Assembly (NCBI RefSeq): GCF_009834535.1
Contig: NC_045697.1
Coordinates: 22,818,001 to 22,882,000 of the forward strand
Source: Camelus ferus
Lineage: Eukaryota
DNA length: 64,000 bases
Direction: 5' to 3'
Shown: in pieces, positions 63,401 to 64,000 of the stretch
How positions within the stretch are numbered: position 1 is the stretch's first letter
Layout of the letters: every line of letters begins with the position of its first letter
Notes under the pieces: model-generated
Told to the model about the DNA's origin: nothing
Databases searched by the model: none
Seen by the model: the letters and a program-made list of their open reading frames with translations, nothing else
Position numbers and translations under genes: made by a program

Positions 63401-64000
63401 AAGTTATTTGGTGAGAATATAATAAACCTAAGCTGAAAAGAGTTCTTTAGAGTCTAGAAAAATCATCTGGTTGCCTTGGAGATGGAAGGACATTTGAGAA
63501 GATGACTCTGTGGGAGATGGCTTGTCACACACCCCTCAGGTTTACAAATGCAAAGTTAAACATCCCCTTAATTCTCACCAACACAGAGCAGGAGAATTTT
63601 TCATCAATGTGTAACTTTCGTAAATGGTTCTGACCATAATATTGTGATTCTTTTGAGGCTCTTTTTTTAGCACAAGCGACATTCACCAAGGTGTCCCTGG
63701 TGCAGTCTGTGGCACATAGGGTGTCAGTTAATTTTGGTTGAATGAATACCTTTCCAGAAGAAATTACTTCCAAAAAAGGTGAATAAAGACTTTTGCCTAA
63801 AGAGTTGTTTGTTTTGTGACTGAGTGTACTAAACAAAAAGAGCAGAGGAGCTTAAATCTCTGAAGCAGTTCTTGAGGAAAAGACAAGTGAGGTGAATCGC
63901 GTCCTTTGCTTTAACCCTTACCTGATTGCATCATAATCCACACACTTACTGACTGATCCTGTCCTGTTCTTTCAACAAATGCTTCCTGACCCCTTACTGT

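Noticed and set aside
1..64000. CRISPR arrays, operons or other prokaryotic/viral systems
   Set aside because: The sequence is mammalian, with no regularly spaced repeat-spacer array and no long intact ORFs.

Overview
AT-rich mammalian genomic DNA, almost certainly from a camelid (Camelus, Vicugna or Lama), judged from five tRNA-derived Vic-1-type SINEs and young camelid-type LINE-1 3' ends. I could not identify any protein-coding exon, RNA gene or CpG island, so the window reads as intergenic or deep-intronic. The ORF track reflects microsatellites, low-complexity DNA and repeats; only the two LINE-1 ORF2 C-terminal fragments are real protein remnants. Much of the window is transposon fossils: old L1MC/L1MD, L2, MIR, MaLR (MLT1), an MLT2 LTR with ERV-L internal sequence, LTR16, a 3-kb decayed ERV-L pol with readable RT/RNase H/integrase motifs, Charlie1, a Tigger2-type MITE and an intact ERV1 solo LTR. 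I found no convincing new biological system. The most noteworthy signals are structural: (1) two nearly identical young L1 3' fragments in inverted orientation 2.3 kb apart; (2) tandem duplications that each span a retroelement tail/target-site-duplication (TSD) junction; (3) a 23-bp templated insertion inside an MLT1C; (4) a solo LTR that keeps its enhancer repeats, CCAAT, TATA and polyA signal; (5) a 49-bp L1 insertion with TSDs; (6) several repeat-free, CpG-retaining blocks that may be conserved non-coding elements or cryptic exons. Repeat subfamily names come from my recollection of consensus sequences and need RepeatMasker/Dfam confirmation.
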